Of a stretch of 64,000 bases of DNA, positions 29,516-38,428 are shown piece after piece. The notes below the pieces were generated by a model. It searched no databases. It was given only the letters and a program-made list of their open reading frames with translations, and was not told where the DNA came from. Each line of letters opens with the position of its first letter. The stretch's first letter is position 1. Made by a program: the position numbers and the translations under genes. The stretch is from Candidatus Omnitrophota bacterium (lineage in GTDB: Bacteria; Omnitrophota; Gorgyraeia; Duberdicusellales; Duberdicusellaceae). The DNA is taken from positions 6,582 to 70,581 of the forward strand of contig JAGGWS010000072.1 in NCBI GenBank assembly GCA_021163425.1, written 5' to 3'.

Positions 29516-30456
29516 GGTTGGTAGTAGTAGGAGCAGGGATAGCCGGGGTTTCTTTAATAGAAAAATTAAAAGATTCCGGCTTTGAAATTACTTTAATAGA
29601 AAAAGAAAACCCACCTTTTAGAAAACATCTTTTTATTGATTGGCTGCTTGATAAGATAAATAACCAGAATTTTTTTCTTCCTTTAGAAAGTTTAAAAAGT
29701 AATATCCCTTCTTTAGAGATAATACAGAGCAGAGTCTTGAAAGTAAACCTGGAAAAGAGAAAGGTTTTTTTAAAAGAGTATCAGAGTTTAGAATTTGATA
29801 AAATTGTTTTCTGTTGTGGGCTAAGAGGAAAGAGGGTGGTTTTCCCCGGTGTATATAAGGAGGGAGTTTATTATTTAGGAGAGGAGGCTTTAAAACTTAA
29901 ACAGGACTTAATAATTTATGGACAGATTATTGTTTATGCGAAGACTATTTTAGGTATTAACTTAGCTAAAGCCTTACATTCTTTAAACAAAGATGTGAAG
30001 ATAATAGTAGATAATCCTTCTTTCTCTGAAGAGTTAAAACAGGAACTTATTTCCTGTTTAGGAGAAGGTAATTTGTACTTTAATTCTCAGATAGCTGAAG
30101 GTTTGGGAGAGGGAAGAATTAGGGCAGTTAAACTTTCTCGGGGGAAGTTTTTAGCCTGTGATTTGCTTATAATAGATTCAGGATACTTTCCTTATACTTC
30201 TTTATTGAGAGATTATCCTGATCTGTTATCTAAAGAAGGATTTTTAAAAGTAGATGATTATTTAAAGGTTAATGATACTTGTTTTGCCTGTGGAGATATG
30301 ACAAATCCTAAAGTTTTAGAACAAACTTTTGATAACAATAAATACTTAGCTTCTGAGCAGGCAAAAGTGGTAGCTGATAACCTTAGAGGATTGAGACAGA
30401 CATTTAGTTGGGCTGTAAGGGTTGGTTTTATAGAGAGGAGGAGACAGGATGCTTAA
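29512..30456 (+). CDS. FAD-dependent pyridine-nucleotide-disulfide-oxidoreductase-like protein with degenerate NAD(P) site
   Basis: The N-terminus VVVGAGIAGVSL has GxGxxG, and there is a C-terminal FACGDMT FAD motif. The second Rossmann motif is missing, and the protein is only 314 aa. Confidence 0.55.
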   Translation: MRLVVVGAGIAGVSLIEKLKDSGFEITLIEKENPPFRKHLFIDWLLDKINNQNFFLPLESLKSNIPSLEIIQSRVLKVNLEKRKVFLKEYQSLEFDKIVFCCGLRGKRVVFPGVYKEGVYYLGEEALKLKQDLIIYGQIIVYAKTILGINLAKALHSLNKDVKIIVDNPSFSEELKQELISCLGEGNLYFNSQIAEGLGEGRIRAVKLSRGKFLACDLLIIDSGYFPYTSLLRDYPDLLSKEGFLKVDDYLKVNDTCFACGDMTNPKVLEQTFDNNKYLASEQAKVVADNLRGLRQTFSWAVRVGFIERRRQDA

Positions 30457-31999
30457 AGTTAGGAGAGCTTTGATAAGTGTTTCTGATAAGCAAGGGTTAG
30501 AAGATTTAGTAAGGTGTCTTTCTGAGCTGGGAGTAGAGATTCTTTCTACAGGAGGAACAGCTAAAAAGATAAGAGAATTAGGTATAGCTGTTAAAGATGT
30601 TTCTGAATACACAGGTTTTCCTGAAATGCTTGAAGGAAGAGTTAAAACCCTTCATCCTAAAATTCACGCTGGGTTATTAGCTTTAAGAGATAACCCCGAT
30701 CATTTAGAAGAGGTTAAAAAACATAATATAGAGCTGATTGATATGGTGGTAGTAAACTTATATCCTTTTGAAAAAGTTGTCCAGCAAAAAGGTGTAGATT
30801 TAGAAGAGGCTATAGAAAATATAGATATAGGAGGAGTTACTATATTAAGGAGTGCTGCTAAAAATTATAAGGCTGTGGCAGTAGTAACTTCACCTTCTCA
30901 ATATCCTTTGATAATAAAAGAGCTTAAAGATAATAAAGGTTGTCTTGTTGAACAGATTCTTAAGGATTTAGCCTTAGAGGTATTTAGAAGGACATCTGAG
31001 TATGATACAGCTATATTTAATTATTTAAGTGGTGAGTTTAAAGAAGAAAAGCTCTTCCCTCAAAAACTCACCTTAAGTTTGGAAAAAGTAAGAGATTTAA
31101 GGTATGGAGAGAATCCTCATCAAAAGGCGAGTTTCTACAGAGATTTAAGTTTTCAGAGAGGGTTTTCTTTAATTAAGCAGTATCAGGGGAAAGAACTCTC
31201 TTTTAACAATATTTTAGACTTAAATTCAGCAGTAGAGATAGTTAAAGAGTTTATTGAGCCAGCTTGTGCTATAATAAAGCATAACAATCCTTGTGGAGTA
31301 GCTTCTGCTGAAAATATAACTAAAGCCTACTTAGATGCTTTAGACTGTGATAGGCTGAGTGCTTTTGGAAGTATCATTGGTTTTAACAGAGAAGTAGATA
31401 AAAATACTGCTGAAGTTATAATGAAAGAGGCTGATTTTGTAGAGTGTATTATTGCTCCCTCTTATGAAAAAGCTTCTTTAGAGGTTTTTTCTCAGAAGAA
31501 GAATTTAAGGATAATAGAAGCAGATTTTGATTCTTTTAAAGATTATTTAGATTTTAGAAGAGTAGGGGGAGGATTTTTAGTTCAGAATAAGGATTTAAAG
31601 GATATGGGAGAGAGTAATTTAAAGGTAGTTACTAAAAAATCTCCTGCTTCTGGAGAGTTTACCTCTCTTTTATTTGCTTATAAGGTAGTAAAACATGTAA
31701 AGAGTAATGCCATAGTTTTAGCCAAGGGTAAAAAGACAGTAGGCATTGGAGCAGGCCAGATGAGCAGAGTGGATTCAGTAATAATTTCGGTAAGAAAGGC
31801 TGGAGAAAGGGCTAAGGACTCAGTTTTAGCCAGCGATGCTTTCTTTCCTAAGCCTGATGCTATAGAAGAAGCTTATCGGGCAGGAGTTAGAGCTATAATT
31901 CAGCCGGGAGGCTCTATCCGGGATAAAGAAGTAATTTCTGCTTGTGATAGATACGGAATAAGTATGGTTTTTACCGGGATAAGGCACTTTAAGCACTAA
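30449..31999 (+). CDS. purH: Bifunctional AICAR transformylase / IMP cyclohydrolase
   Basis: RALISVSDKQGL...LSTGGTAK...HPKIHAGLL is the MGS-like IMPCH domain, followed by the AICARFT domain; length is 516 aa. Confidence 0.9.
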   Translation: MLKVRRALISVSDKQGLEDLVRCLSELGVEILSTGGTAKKIRELGIAVKDVSEYTGFPEMLEGRVKTLHPKIHAGLLALRDNPDHLEEVKKHNIELIDMVVVNLYPFEKVVQQKGVDLEEAIENIDIGGVTILRSAAKNYKAVAVVTSPSQYPLIIKELKDNKGCLVEQILKDLALEVFRRTSEYDTAIFNYLSGEFKEEKLFPQKLTLSLEKVRDLRYGENPHQKASFYRDLSFQRGFSLIKQYQGKELSFNNILDLNSAVEIVKEFIEPACAIIKHNNPCGVASAENITKAYLDALDCDRLSAFGSIIGFNREVDKNTAEVIMKEADFVECIIAPSYEKASLEVFSQKKNLRIIEADFDSFKDYLDFRRVGGGFLVQNKDLKDMGESNLKVVTKKSPASGEFTSLLFAYKVVKHVKSNAIVLAKGKKTVGIGAGQMSRVDSVIISVRKAGERAKDSVLASDAFFPKPDAIEEAYRAGVRAIIQPGGSIRDKEVISACDRYGISMVFTGIRHFKH

Positions 32000-32060
32000 A
32001 TTATGGATTCTAACAAGATGATTATTCAAATAGGCTCTTTGCTTTTGAAGAGGTGAGCAA

Positions 32061-33761
32061 ATGAAGATACCTTCTGATTTAGAAATAGCCCGGAGAATAA
32101 GACTAAAACCTATAAAAGAGATAGCTAAAAAATTAGGGTTAAGAGAAAAAGAGATAGAACTCTATGGAGACTATAAAGCCAAGGTAAAATTAGAAGTACT
32201 TAAGAGACTTAAAAAAAGAAAGAAAGGAAAGTATATTTTAGTTACAGCTATTACCCCTACTCCTTTAGGCGAAGGAAAGACTCTAACTACTATTGGTCTT
32301 TCTATGGCTTTAAGCAGAATGGGTAAGAAATCTATAGCCTGTATTCGTCAACCTTCTTTAGGTCCGGTATTCGGGATAAAAGGAGGAGCAACTGGTGGAG
32401 GTTATTCCCAGGTGCTTCCTATGGAAGAGGTTAATCTTCATTTAACTGGAGATGTTCACGCCGTAAGTATTGCTCATAATCTTTGCTCGGCTTTTTTAGA
32501 CAATTCTATGTTTAAAGGTAATCCTTTAGAGATTGACCCTGATTCTGTTTTATGGAGAAGGGTTGTAGATGTTTCCGATAGATTTTTAAGGAATATTAAG
32601 ATTGGTTTAGATTCAAAGGAAGATGGCTTTGAAAGAGATTCGGGATTTGATATTGCTGGAGCTTCAGAGATTATGGCTATTTTAGCTTTGGCTAAAAATC
32701 TTAAGGATTTAAGACAAAGGATAGGTAAGATAATTTTAGCTACTAATAAAAAGAGAGAACCAGTAACTTCTGAAGATATAAAAGTAGCAGGAGCTATGAC
32801 TGTTTTGTTAAAAGATGCTTTAAAGCCCAATCTTTTACAGACTACAGAACATACTCCCTGCTTTATTCATACCGGTCCTTTTGGTAATATTGCCCAGGGA
32901 AATAGTTCGATACTGGCTGACTTAATTGCTATCCGACTTTCTGATTTTGTAGTAACTGAGTCAGGTTTTGGTGCTGATTGTGGAGCTGAGAAATTTTTTA
33001 ATATAAAGTGTAGAGTAAGCGGGCTTAAGCCGGATTGTGCAGTTTTAGTTTGTTCTGTCCGAGCTTTAAAGATGCATTCAGGAAGGTTTAAGATAATTCC
33101 AGGAAAGCCTTTCCCTTCTTCTTTATTACAAGGAGACTTAAAAGCTATTGAAGAGGGTTTACCTAATTTAGAAAAACAGATTGAGAATATAAAACTATTT
33201 GGTTTGCCAGTAGTTGTGGCTATAAATAGGTTTAATACTGATACTCCTGAAGAATTAGAGTTTATTATGAAGAAAGCAAAGGAGTTGGGAGCTGATTTTA
33301 GTGTAGTAAGCCAATTGTGGGCTAAAGGTTCAAAAGGGGGGATAGACTTGGCTAAAGCGGTAATTACAGCAGTTAAAAAGAAGTTCAAATTTAAATTTCT
33401 TTATCCCTTAGATTGGCCAATTAAGAAGAAGATAGAAACAATTGCTACTAAGATTTACGGAGCAAAGGGGGTTTCTTATTCACAAAAAGCAGAAAGAAAA
33501 ATTAAGCTTTATAAAGAGTGGGGCTTAAGTAACCTTCCTATATGTATGGCTAAAACTCATCTTTCTTTATCTCATGACCCTAAACTTAAGGGAAGGCCTG
33601 TTGATTTTACTTTGCCGGTAGTAGATATAAAAGTTTCAGCAGGGGCAGGGTTTTTGTATCCTTTATGTGGAAAGATTAGAACTATGCCTGGACTTCCTAC
33701 GCATCCAGCCGGAGAAAGAGTAGATATTGATGCTAAAGGAAGGATAAAAGGGCTTTTTTAG
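32061..33761 (+). CDS. fhs: Formate--tetrahydrofolate ligase
   Basis: SDLEIARR...ILVTAITPTPLGEGKTLTTIGL...PSLGPVFGIKGGATGGGY are FTHFS signatures. Confidence 0.9.
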   Translation: MKIPSDLEIARRIRLKPIKEIAKKLGLREKEIELYGDYKAKVKLEVLKRLKKRKKGKYILVTAITPTPLGEGKTLTTIGLSMALSRMGKKSIACIRQPSLGPVFGIKGGATGGGYSQVLPMEEVNLHLTGDVHAVSIAHNLCSAFLDNSMFKGNPLEIDPDSVLWRRVVDVSDRFLRNIKIGLDSKEDGFERDSGFDIAGASEIMAILALAKNLKDLRQRIGKIILATNKKREPVTSEDIKVAGAMTVLLKDALKPNLLQTTEHTPCFIHTGPFGNIAQGNSSILADLIAIRLSDFVVTESGFGADCGAEKFFNIKCRVSGLKPDCAVLVCSVRALKMHSGRFKIIPGKPFPSSLLQGDLKAIEEGLPNLEKQIENIKLFGLPVVVAINRFNTDTPEELEFIMKKAKELGADFSVVSQLWAKGSKGGIDLAKAVITAVKKKFKFKFLYPLDWPIKKKIETIATKIYGAKGVSYSQKAERKIKLYKEWGLSNLPICMAKTHLSLSHDPKLKGRPVDFTLPVVDIKVSAGAGFLYPLCGKIRTMPGLPTHPAGERVDIDAKGRIKGLF

Positions 33762-33768
33762 GTGAAAA

Positions 33769-34362
33769 ATGTATAAGGAAAAATTTAGCGAGTATTTAGA
33801 GGATTTAGCAGAGAAATTGCCTGCGCCGGGAGGAGGAAGTGCTTCGGGTTTAGTGGCTTGCTTGGGGATAGCTTTATTAGAGATGAGTTGTAATTTTACT
33901 GTAGGAAAGCCTAAATACAAGGAAGTTGAAGCTGAGATTAAAGAGATTTTGGAGAAGTTAGTTTCTTTAAGAGGGAGATTAGAAGAGTTAATTGATGAAG
34001 ATGTGTTTTCTTATCAGGAGTTATCTTTAGCTTACAGACTTAAAGAAAAAGAGAAAATCCAGTCTGCTTTAAAAAAAGCAATAGAAGTTCCTTTGAAAAT
34101 TTGTGGATTTTCTTTAGAGGGTTTAAGGTTATCTAAGATTATTTTAGAAAAGGCTAATCCTAATCTGATAACTGATACAGGGGGAGGAGTATTATTTTTA
34201 ACTGCGGGGTTTAATTCGGCAGAACTAAATGTGAGAATAAATCTAAAGAATTTAAAAGATAGAGAGTTATTAAAGAAAATTCAGCAAAGTTTAAAAGAGC
34301 AATCTGAAGAAGTAAAGGAGATTAAAGAAAAGATATTAAAAAAAGTTTATTGTAGATTGTAA
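33769..34362 (+). CDS. fchA: Methenyl-THF cyclohydrolase / cyclodeaminase-family protein (FTCD_C fold, FchA-like)
   Basis: LPAPGGGSASGLVACLGIALLEMSCNFTVGKPKY is the FTCD_C signature; length is 197 aa. Confidence 0.7.
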   Translation: MYKEKFSEYLEDLAEKLPAPGGGSASGLVACLGIALLEMSCNFTVGKPKYKEVEAEIKEILEKLVSLRGRLEELIDEDVFSYQELSLAYRLKEKEKIQSALKKAIEVPLKICGFSLEGLRLSKIILEKANPNLITDTGGGVLFLTAGFNSAELNVRINLKNLKDRELLKKIQQSLKEQSEEVKEIKEKILKKVYCRL

Positions 34363-34365
34363 GTT

Positions 34366-35295
34366 TTGAGAAAGGAAAAAATTATGCCTGCAAAGTTATT
34401 AGAGGGAAGATCCCTTGCTGATAAGATTAAAGAGGAGTTAAAAAAAGAGATTGAGGTCTTAAAGAAAGAAGGATGTCCTCTCCTTTTAGCAGCAGTTCAA
34501 GTTGGAGAAGACTTTGCTTCTCGGGTTTATTTAAAACAGCAGAAGAAAGCCTGTCAGGAATTAGGTATTGACTACCAGATTAAAGAACTCCCTTTACAAA
34601 TCACCCAGGAAGAGCTTTTAAGTTTTATTGAATCTCTCAATCAGGATAAGAAAATTACCGGGATAATCTTACAGATGCCTTTGCCTTCTCATTTAAATGC
34701 TCACCAGATTCAGATGAGGCTTTCTCCTTTAAAAGATGTAGAGAGTATCCATCCTTTAAATATGGGAAGGTTAATTTATGGGGATAATAAGATTTTTCCT
34801 CCCACAGCAGGAGCAGTGGTTGAGCTTTTAAAGTCTGCTGGTCAAAATTTGAAAGGAAAAGAAATAGTTATTGTGGGTCACAGTGAGATAGTAGGCAAAC
34901 CTTTAAGCTTACTTTTACTGCAATCAGAGTTTTCTTCTCCTACAGTTACGGTTTGTCATATTGCTACTCAGGATTTGGCTTTCCATATCCGGAGAGCTGA
35001 AATTTTGATTGTAGCTGTAGGTAAACCTCAGTTAATTAAAGCTGATAGTTTAAAAGAAGGAGCAATTGTCATAGATGTGGGTATAAATAGAGTGCCGGTA
35101 TTAGATGGGAAAGGAAGAGAAGTATTAGATGAAAGAGGAAGACCTAAGTTTCAGATTGTAGGTGATGTAGAATTTGAAAAAGCTAAAGAAATTTGTTCTT
35201 ATATAACCCCTGTTCCTGGAGGAGTAGGTCCTTTAACCACTGCTTTACTTTTGAAGAATACTGTAGAATGTGCAAAACTTCAGAAAGTTTCTTAA
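34366..35295 (+). CDS. folD: Bifunctional 5,10-methylene-THF dehydrogenase / methenyl-THF cyclohydrolase
   Basis: AKLLEGRSLADKIKEEL...YLKQQKKACQELGI...GHSEIVGKPL...PVPGGVGPLT. Confidence 0.9.
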   Translation: MRKEKIMPAKLLEGRSLADKIKEELKKEIEVLKKEGCPLLLAAVQVGEDFASRVYLKQQKKACQELGIDYQIKELPLQITQEELLSFIESLNQDKKITGIILQMPLPSHLNAHQIQMRLSPLKDVESIHPLNMGRLIYGDNKIFPPTAGAVVELLKSAGQNLKGKEIVIVGHSEIVGKPLSLLLLQSEFSSPTVTVCHIATQDLAFHIRRAEILIVAVGKPQLIKADSLKEGAIVIDVGINRVPVLDGKGREVLDERGRPKFQIVGDVEFEKAKEICSYITPVPGGVGPLTTALLLKNTVECAKLQKVS

Positions 35296-35437
35296 CTTGA
35301 CACTTTCTTTTGAAAGTTAAATGTCAAGTTAGGCAGATACAAGACTCCCCTCTCGGAGTCTCTATAAAAGGGATAGATTGGGTTAGTTTACTTTAAATAA
35401 TAGCAACAGTTAATATAACACTACAGCTTAATTTTCC

Positions 35438-35466
35438 TTTACAATATATCTTTAAAATTGTATAAT
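35438..35466 (+). promoter_or_regulatory. Candidate promoter TTTACA-17-TATAAT upstream of hisG
   Basis: TTTACA at 35438-43, a 17-nt spacer, then TATAAT at 35461-66. A ~130-nt leader runs to hisG at 35603. The surrounding AT-rich intergenic DNA reduces specificity. Confidence 0.35.
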
Positions 35467-35602
35467 TAGTTTCTGTGCCTAAGCCTAAAAAGGTTAAAAT
35501 TAGAAAAGTTTGGTTAATTAATCCTAAGACCCGGATTAAGGAGAGTAAAAAAATATATAAAAGAAGCAGAGAAAAGCAAAGGTTTAAAAAAGAGATTAAT
35601 AA

Positions 35603-36487
35603 ATGTCTAAAAGAATCCTTAAGTTAGGTCTACCTAAAGGGAGTCTTCAAGAAGCGACTTTTAAGCTTTTTCAGATGGCTGGGTTTAAAATAAGGTTGAG
35701 CTCTGAGCGTTCCTATTTTCCTTCCATAGATGATGAAGAAATTTTTCCTGTTTTGATTAGAGCCCAGGAGATGTCCCGCTATGTAGAGAAAGGAGATTTA
35801 GACTGTGGAATAACCGGAGAAGACTGGATTAGGGAAAATTCCTCTAAAGTTAAGGAGGTAGCCCAACTCCTTTATGCTAAAAAGACTTTCCAGCCAGTAA
35901 GGTGGGTGATAGCAGTAAGAGAAGATTCTAAGATTAAGAATGTAAGAGACTTACAGGGAAAGAGAATTGCTACGGAATTAGTAAATGTTACCAGACAATT
36001 TCTCAAAAAGCATAAGGTTAAAGCTTTTGTAGAATTTAGCTGGGGGGCTACAGAAGTAAAGGTAAAGAGTGGTTTAGTTGATGCTATTGTTGAACTTACT
36101 GAAACCGGGACTTCTTTGAGAGCCAATAATTTAAGGGAGATAGCCTGTGTTTGTGAGTCTACTACCAAGTTTATAGCTAACAATTCTGCTTATAAAGATA
36201 GCTGGAAGAGGAAGAAGATAGACTACATAGCTTTGCTTCTATTAGGGGCAATTCAGGCTCAGGGGAAAGTAGGGATAAAATTAAATGTGAAGGAGAAGGA
36301 TTTAAATAAAATTTTAGGAATTTTGCCGGCTTTGAGAAAGCCAACGGTCTCTTCTCTGGCTAGTAAAGACTGGTTTGCCTTAGAAGTTATAATAGAAGAA
36401 GATAAAGTTAAAAAACTCATACCCAGACTTAAAGAATTAGGAGCAGAGGGTATAGTAGAGTACCCTTTAAACAAGATAATAAATTAA
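35603..36487 (+). CDS. hisG: ATP phosphoribosyltransferase, long form with C-terminal regulatory domain
   Basis: [23 protein letters not shown]...ITGEDWI, a ~294-aa HisG-L. Confidence 0.85.
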   Translation: MSKRILKLGLPKGSLQEATFKLFQMAGFKIRLSSERSYFPSIDDEEIFPVLIRAQEMSRYVEKGDLDCGITGEDWIRENSSKVKEVAQLLYAKKTFQPVRWVIAVREDSKIKNVRDLQGKRIATELVNVTRQFLKKHKVKAFVEFSWGATEVKVKSGLVDAIVELTETGTSLRANNLREIACVCESTTKFIANNSAYKDSWKRKKIDYIALLLLGAIQAQGKVGIKLNVKEKDLNKILGILPALRKPTVSSLASKDWFALEVIIEEDKVKKLIPRLKELGAEGIVEYPLNKIIN

Positions 36488-36496
36488 GACAAAACT

Positions 36497-36589
36497 ATGC
36501 CTTGTGGAAGAAAAAGAAAGTTAAAAAAAGTAAAGAGACACTGGTTTAAAAAGAGAAGGAAACAACAGAGACACAAGAAGAAAAAGTAA
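36497..36589 (+). CDS. Putative 30-aa hyper-basic peptide (MPCGRKRKLKKVKRHWFKKRRKQQRHKKKK), candidate bS22-like small ribosomal protein
   Basis: An ATG at 36497 lies 9 nt after the hisG stop, and TAA is at 36587. There are 19 K/R residues in 30. Composition and length resemble bS22/THX-type mini-proteins. The DNA here is purine-rich, so the open frame alone is weak evidence. Confidence 0.35.
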   Translation: MPCGRKRKLKKVKRHWFKKRRKQQRHKKKK

Positions 36590-36624
36590 ATAGTCCCTTA
36601 AAGAGAGGAAATATTAGAGCTACG

Positions 36625-37596
36625 ATGGTAAGGATTTTTTTTCTCAGCTTAGGTATGTGGTTTATCTTCTCTGGCTTTAAAATTGGAGATAAGTCTCCTT
36701 CTAAAAATATTAACCCTGCTTATAGGGCTTACCTTAAAGGTCTCCTTTCTGAACGTTACGGAGATTCTCAGAGAGCTTTAGAAGAATACCTAAAAGCAGG
36801 TAAGTTTGATGAGGAGTCTGTTTCTCTTCAAACACGAGTAGCTGTTCAATATATAAAATTGAATAAGATTTCCAAGGCTCTCCCTATTTTAAAAAGACTT
36901 ACTCAAAAGGAGCCTGTAAATTTAGATGCTTATCTTTTGTTAATACTTGTTTATTCTTCTCAGGGAAAAGAGGGAGAAGCTTCCGGGGTATATGAAGAAA
37001 TGCTTTCTAAGCTTTATAAAGAAAAACCTGGTAATTTAAAGGTTGCCGAGAGTTTAGCTCAGTTTAAATTCCAGAAGAAAGATTTTAATTCTGCCTTGAA
37101 AATTTATGAGACTATTTTGAAGGCTAATCCTGAGTATAGTGATGCTTATTTCTGGATTGGCTATATCTATGAGGAAGAAGGTCAGAGACAGAAAGCTATT
37201 GAGTTCTGGAGGCAAGGACTTAAATTTAATCCTGAGCATTCGGATATTCTGAATTCTTTAGGTTATATTTATGCTGAAGAAGGCATAAACTTGGATGAAG
37301 CAGAAGCTTTAATTAAGAAAGCCTTAGAAATGGAGCCTGATTCTCCAGCCTATTTAGATAGTTTAGGCTGGGTTTATTTTAAAAAGGGAGATTACTCTAA
37401 AGCTAAGAAATATATTGAAAAAGCTGCTTCTCTTATGAAGGACCCAGTAATTTTAGAACATTTAGGAGATGTCTATTATTGTTCCGGAAACAGAGAGCAG
37501 GCAAAAAAAATTTGGGAGGAGGCTTTAGAGCTTCAGCCCGAAAACGAAGTTCTTGAGCAAAAACTTAAAGGAGAAAATGAACTCTGCCAAGATTAA
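36625..37596 (+). CDS. Tetratricopeptide-repeat protein with N-terminal signal/anchor
   Basis: There is a hydrophobic N-terminus and then at least 6 TPR units (A..Y.....Y...G.....A...). It overlaps the next gene by 44 nt. Confidence 0.7.
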   Translation: MVRIFFLSLGMWFIFSGFKIGDKSPSKNINPAYRAYLKGLLSERYGDSQRALEEYLKAGKFDEESVSLQTRVAVQYIKLNKISKALPILKRLTQKEPVNLDAYLLLILVYSSQGKEGEASGVYEEMLSKLYKEKPGNLKVAESLAQFKFQKKDFNSALKIYETILKANPEYSDAYFWIGYIYEEEGQRQKAIEFWRQGLKFNPEHSDILNSLGYIYAEEGINLDEAEALIKKALEMEPDSPAYLDSLGWVYFKKGDYSKAKKYIEKAASLMKDPVILEHLGDVYYCSGNREQAKKIWEEALELQPENEVLEQKLKGENELCQD

Positions 37597-38413
37597 GTTT
37601 TTAAAGAAAAAGGCTAATCAGATTAGGAAGTTGATAATAAAGATGCTTTCTCAGGCAGGAAGTGGACATCCCGGAGGTTCTTTATCTTGTGTAGAGATTA
37701 TTACTTGTTTATATTTTGGGGTAATGCGTCATAATCCTAAAGACCCTAATTGGTCTGAAAGAGATAGGTTTCATCTTTCTAAAGGTCATGCCTGCCCTGC
37801 CTGGTATTCTGCTTTGAGTTTAGTCGGATATTTTGAGGAGGAGCACTTATTTACCTTAAGAAGATTAGGGTCAATTCTCCAGGGACACCCTGATCGCAGA
37901 ACTCCGGGAGTAGAAGTAGCTTCAGGTTCCTTAGGCCAGGGTCTTTCAGTGGCTTTAGGGATGAGTTTAGCCTTAAAATTAGATAAAAAAGACTCTCGAG
38001 TTTATTGTCTTATGGGAGATGGTGAGATTCAGGAAGGGAACATCTGGGAAGCAGCTATGGCTTCAGCTCATTTTAAGGTGGATAATCTCTGTGGAATTGT
38101 AGACTACAATAGATTTCAGATAGATGGAAGGATAGAAAAGATTATGGATATTGAGCCCTTAGTGAGTAAGTGGGAAAGTTTTGGCTGGCATGTAATACAG
38201 GTTGATGGCCATAATATAGAAGAACTCTTAGAGGCTTTTGAAGAAGCTAAGCAGATTAAGGGCAAGCCCACAGTAATAATTGCTCATACAGTTAAAGGTA
38301 AAGGCGTTTCTTTTATGGAGCATGTGGTAGATTTTCACGGAAGAGCTCCTACTAAAGAAGAAGAAAAAATTGCTCTTAAAGAGCTCGAAGATTTAGAGAA
38401 TTTATTTAGCTGA
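37553..38413 (+). CDS. Transketolase, N-terminal (TPP-binding) subunit of a split enzyme
   Basis: GSGHPGGSLSCVEI..., HLSKGH, and the GDGEIQEGNIWEA TPP motif; length is 286 aa. Confidence 0.85.
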   Translation: MSKNLKEKMNSAKIKFLKKKANQIRKLIIKMLSQAGSGHPGGSLSCVEIITCLYFGVMRHNPKDPNWSERDRFHLSKGHACPAWYSALSLVGYFEEEHLFTLRRLGSILQGHPDRRTPGVEVASGSLGQGLSVALGMSLALKLDKKDSRVYCLMGDGEIQEGNIWEAAMASAHFKVDNLCGIVDYNRFQIDGRIEKIMDIEPLVSKWESFGWHVIQVDGHNIEELLEAFEEAKQIKGKPTVIIAHTVKGKGVSFMEHVVDFHGRAPTKEEEKIALKELEDLENLFS

Positions 38414-38428
38414 CTGAGATTAGATAAG

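Noticed and set aside
32867-33388. 173-aa minus-strand ORF inside fhs, and about 25 similar antisense ORFs in the track (e.g. 1096-1329, 22987-23313, 49695-49904, 61610-61885)
   Set aside because: They are low-complexity, S/L/K-rich mirror frames lying wholly inside well-conserved + strand genes. None has a start context, an RBS or a recognisable motif.
35467-35602. hisG leader searched for a His-rich leader peptide or T-box
   Set aside because: It has no ATG-initiated His-codon run and no T-box specifier/AGGGUGG-type conserved boxes. It is purine-rich spacer only.
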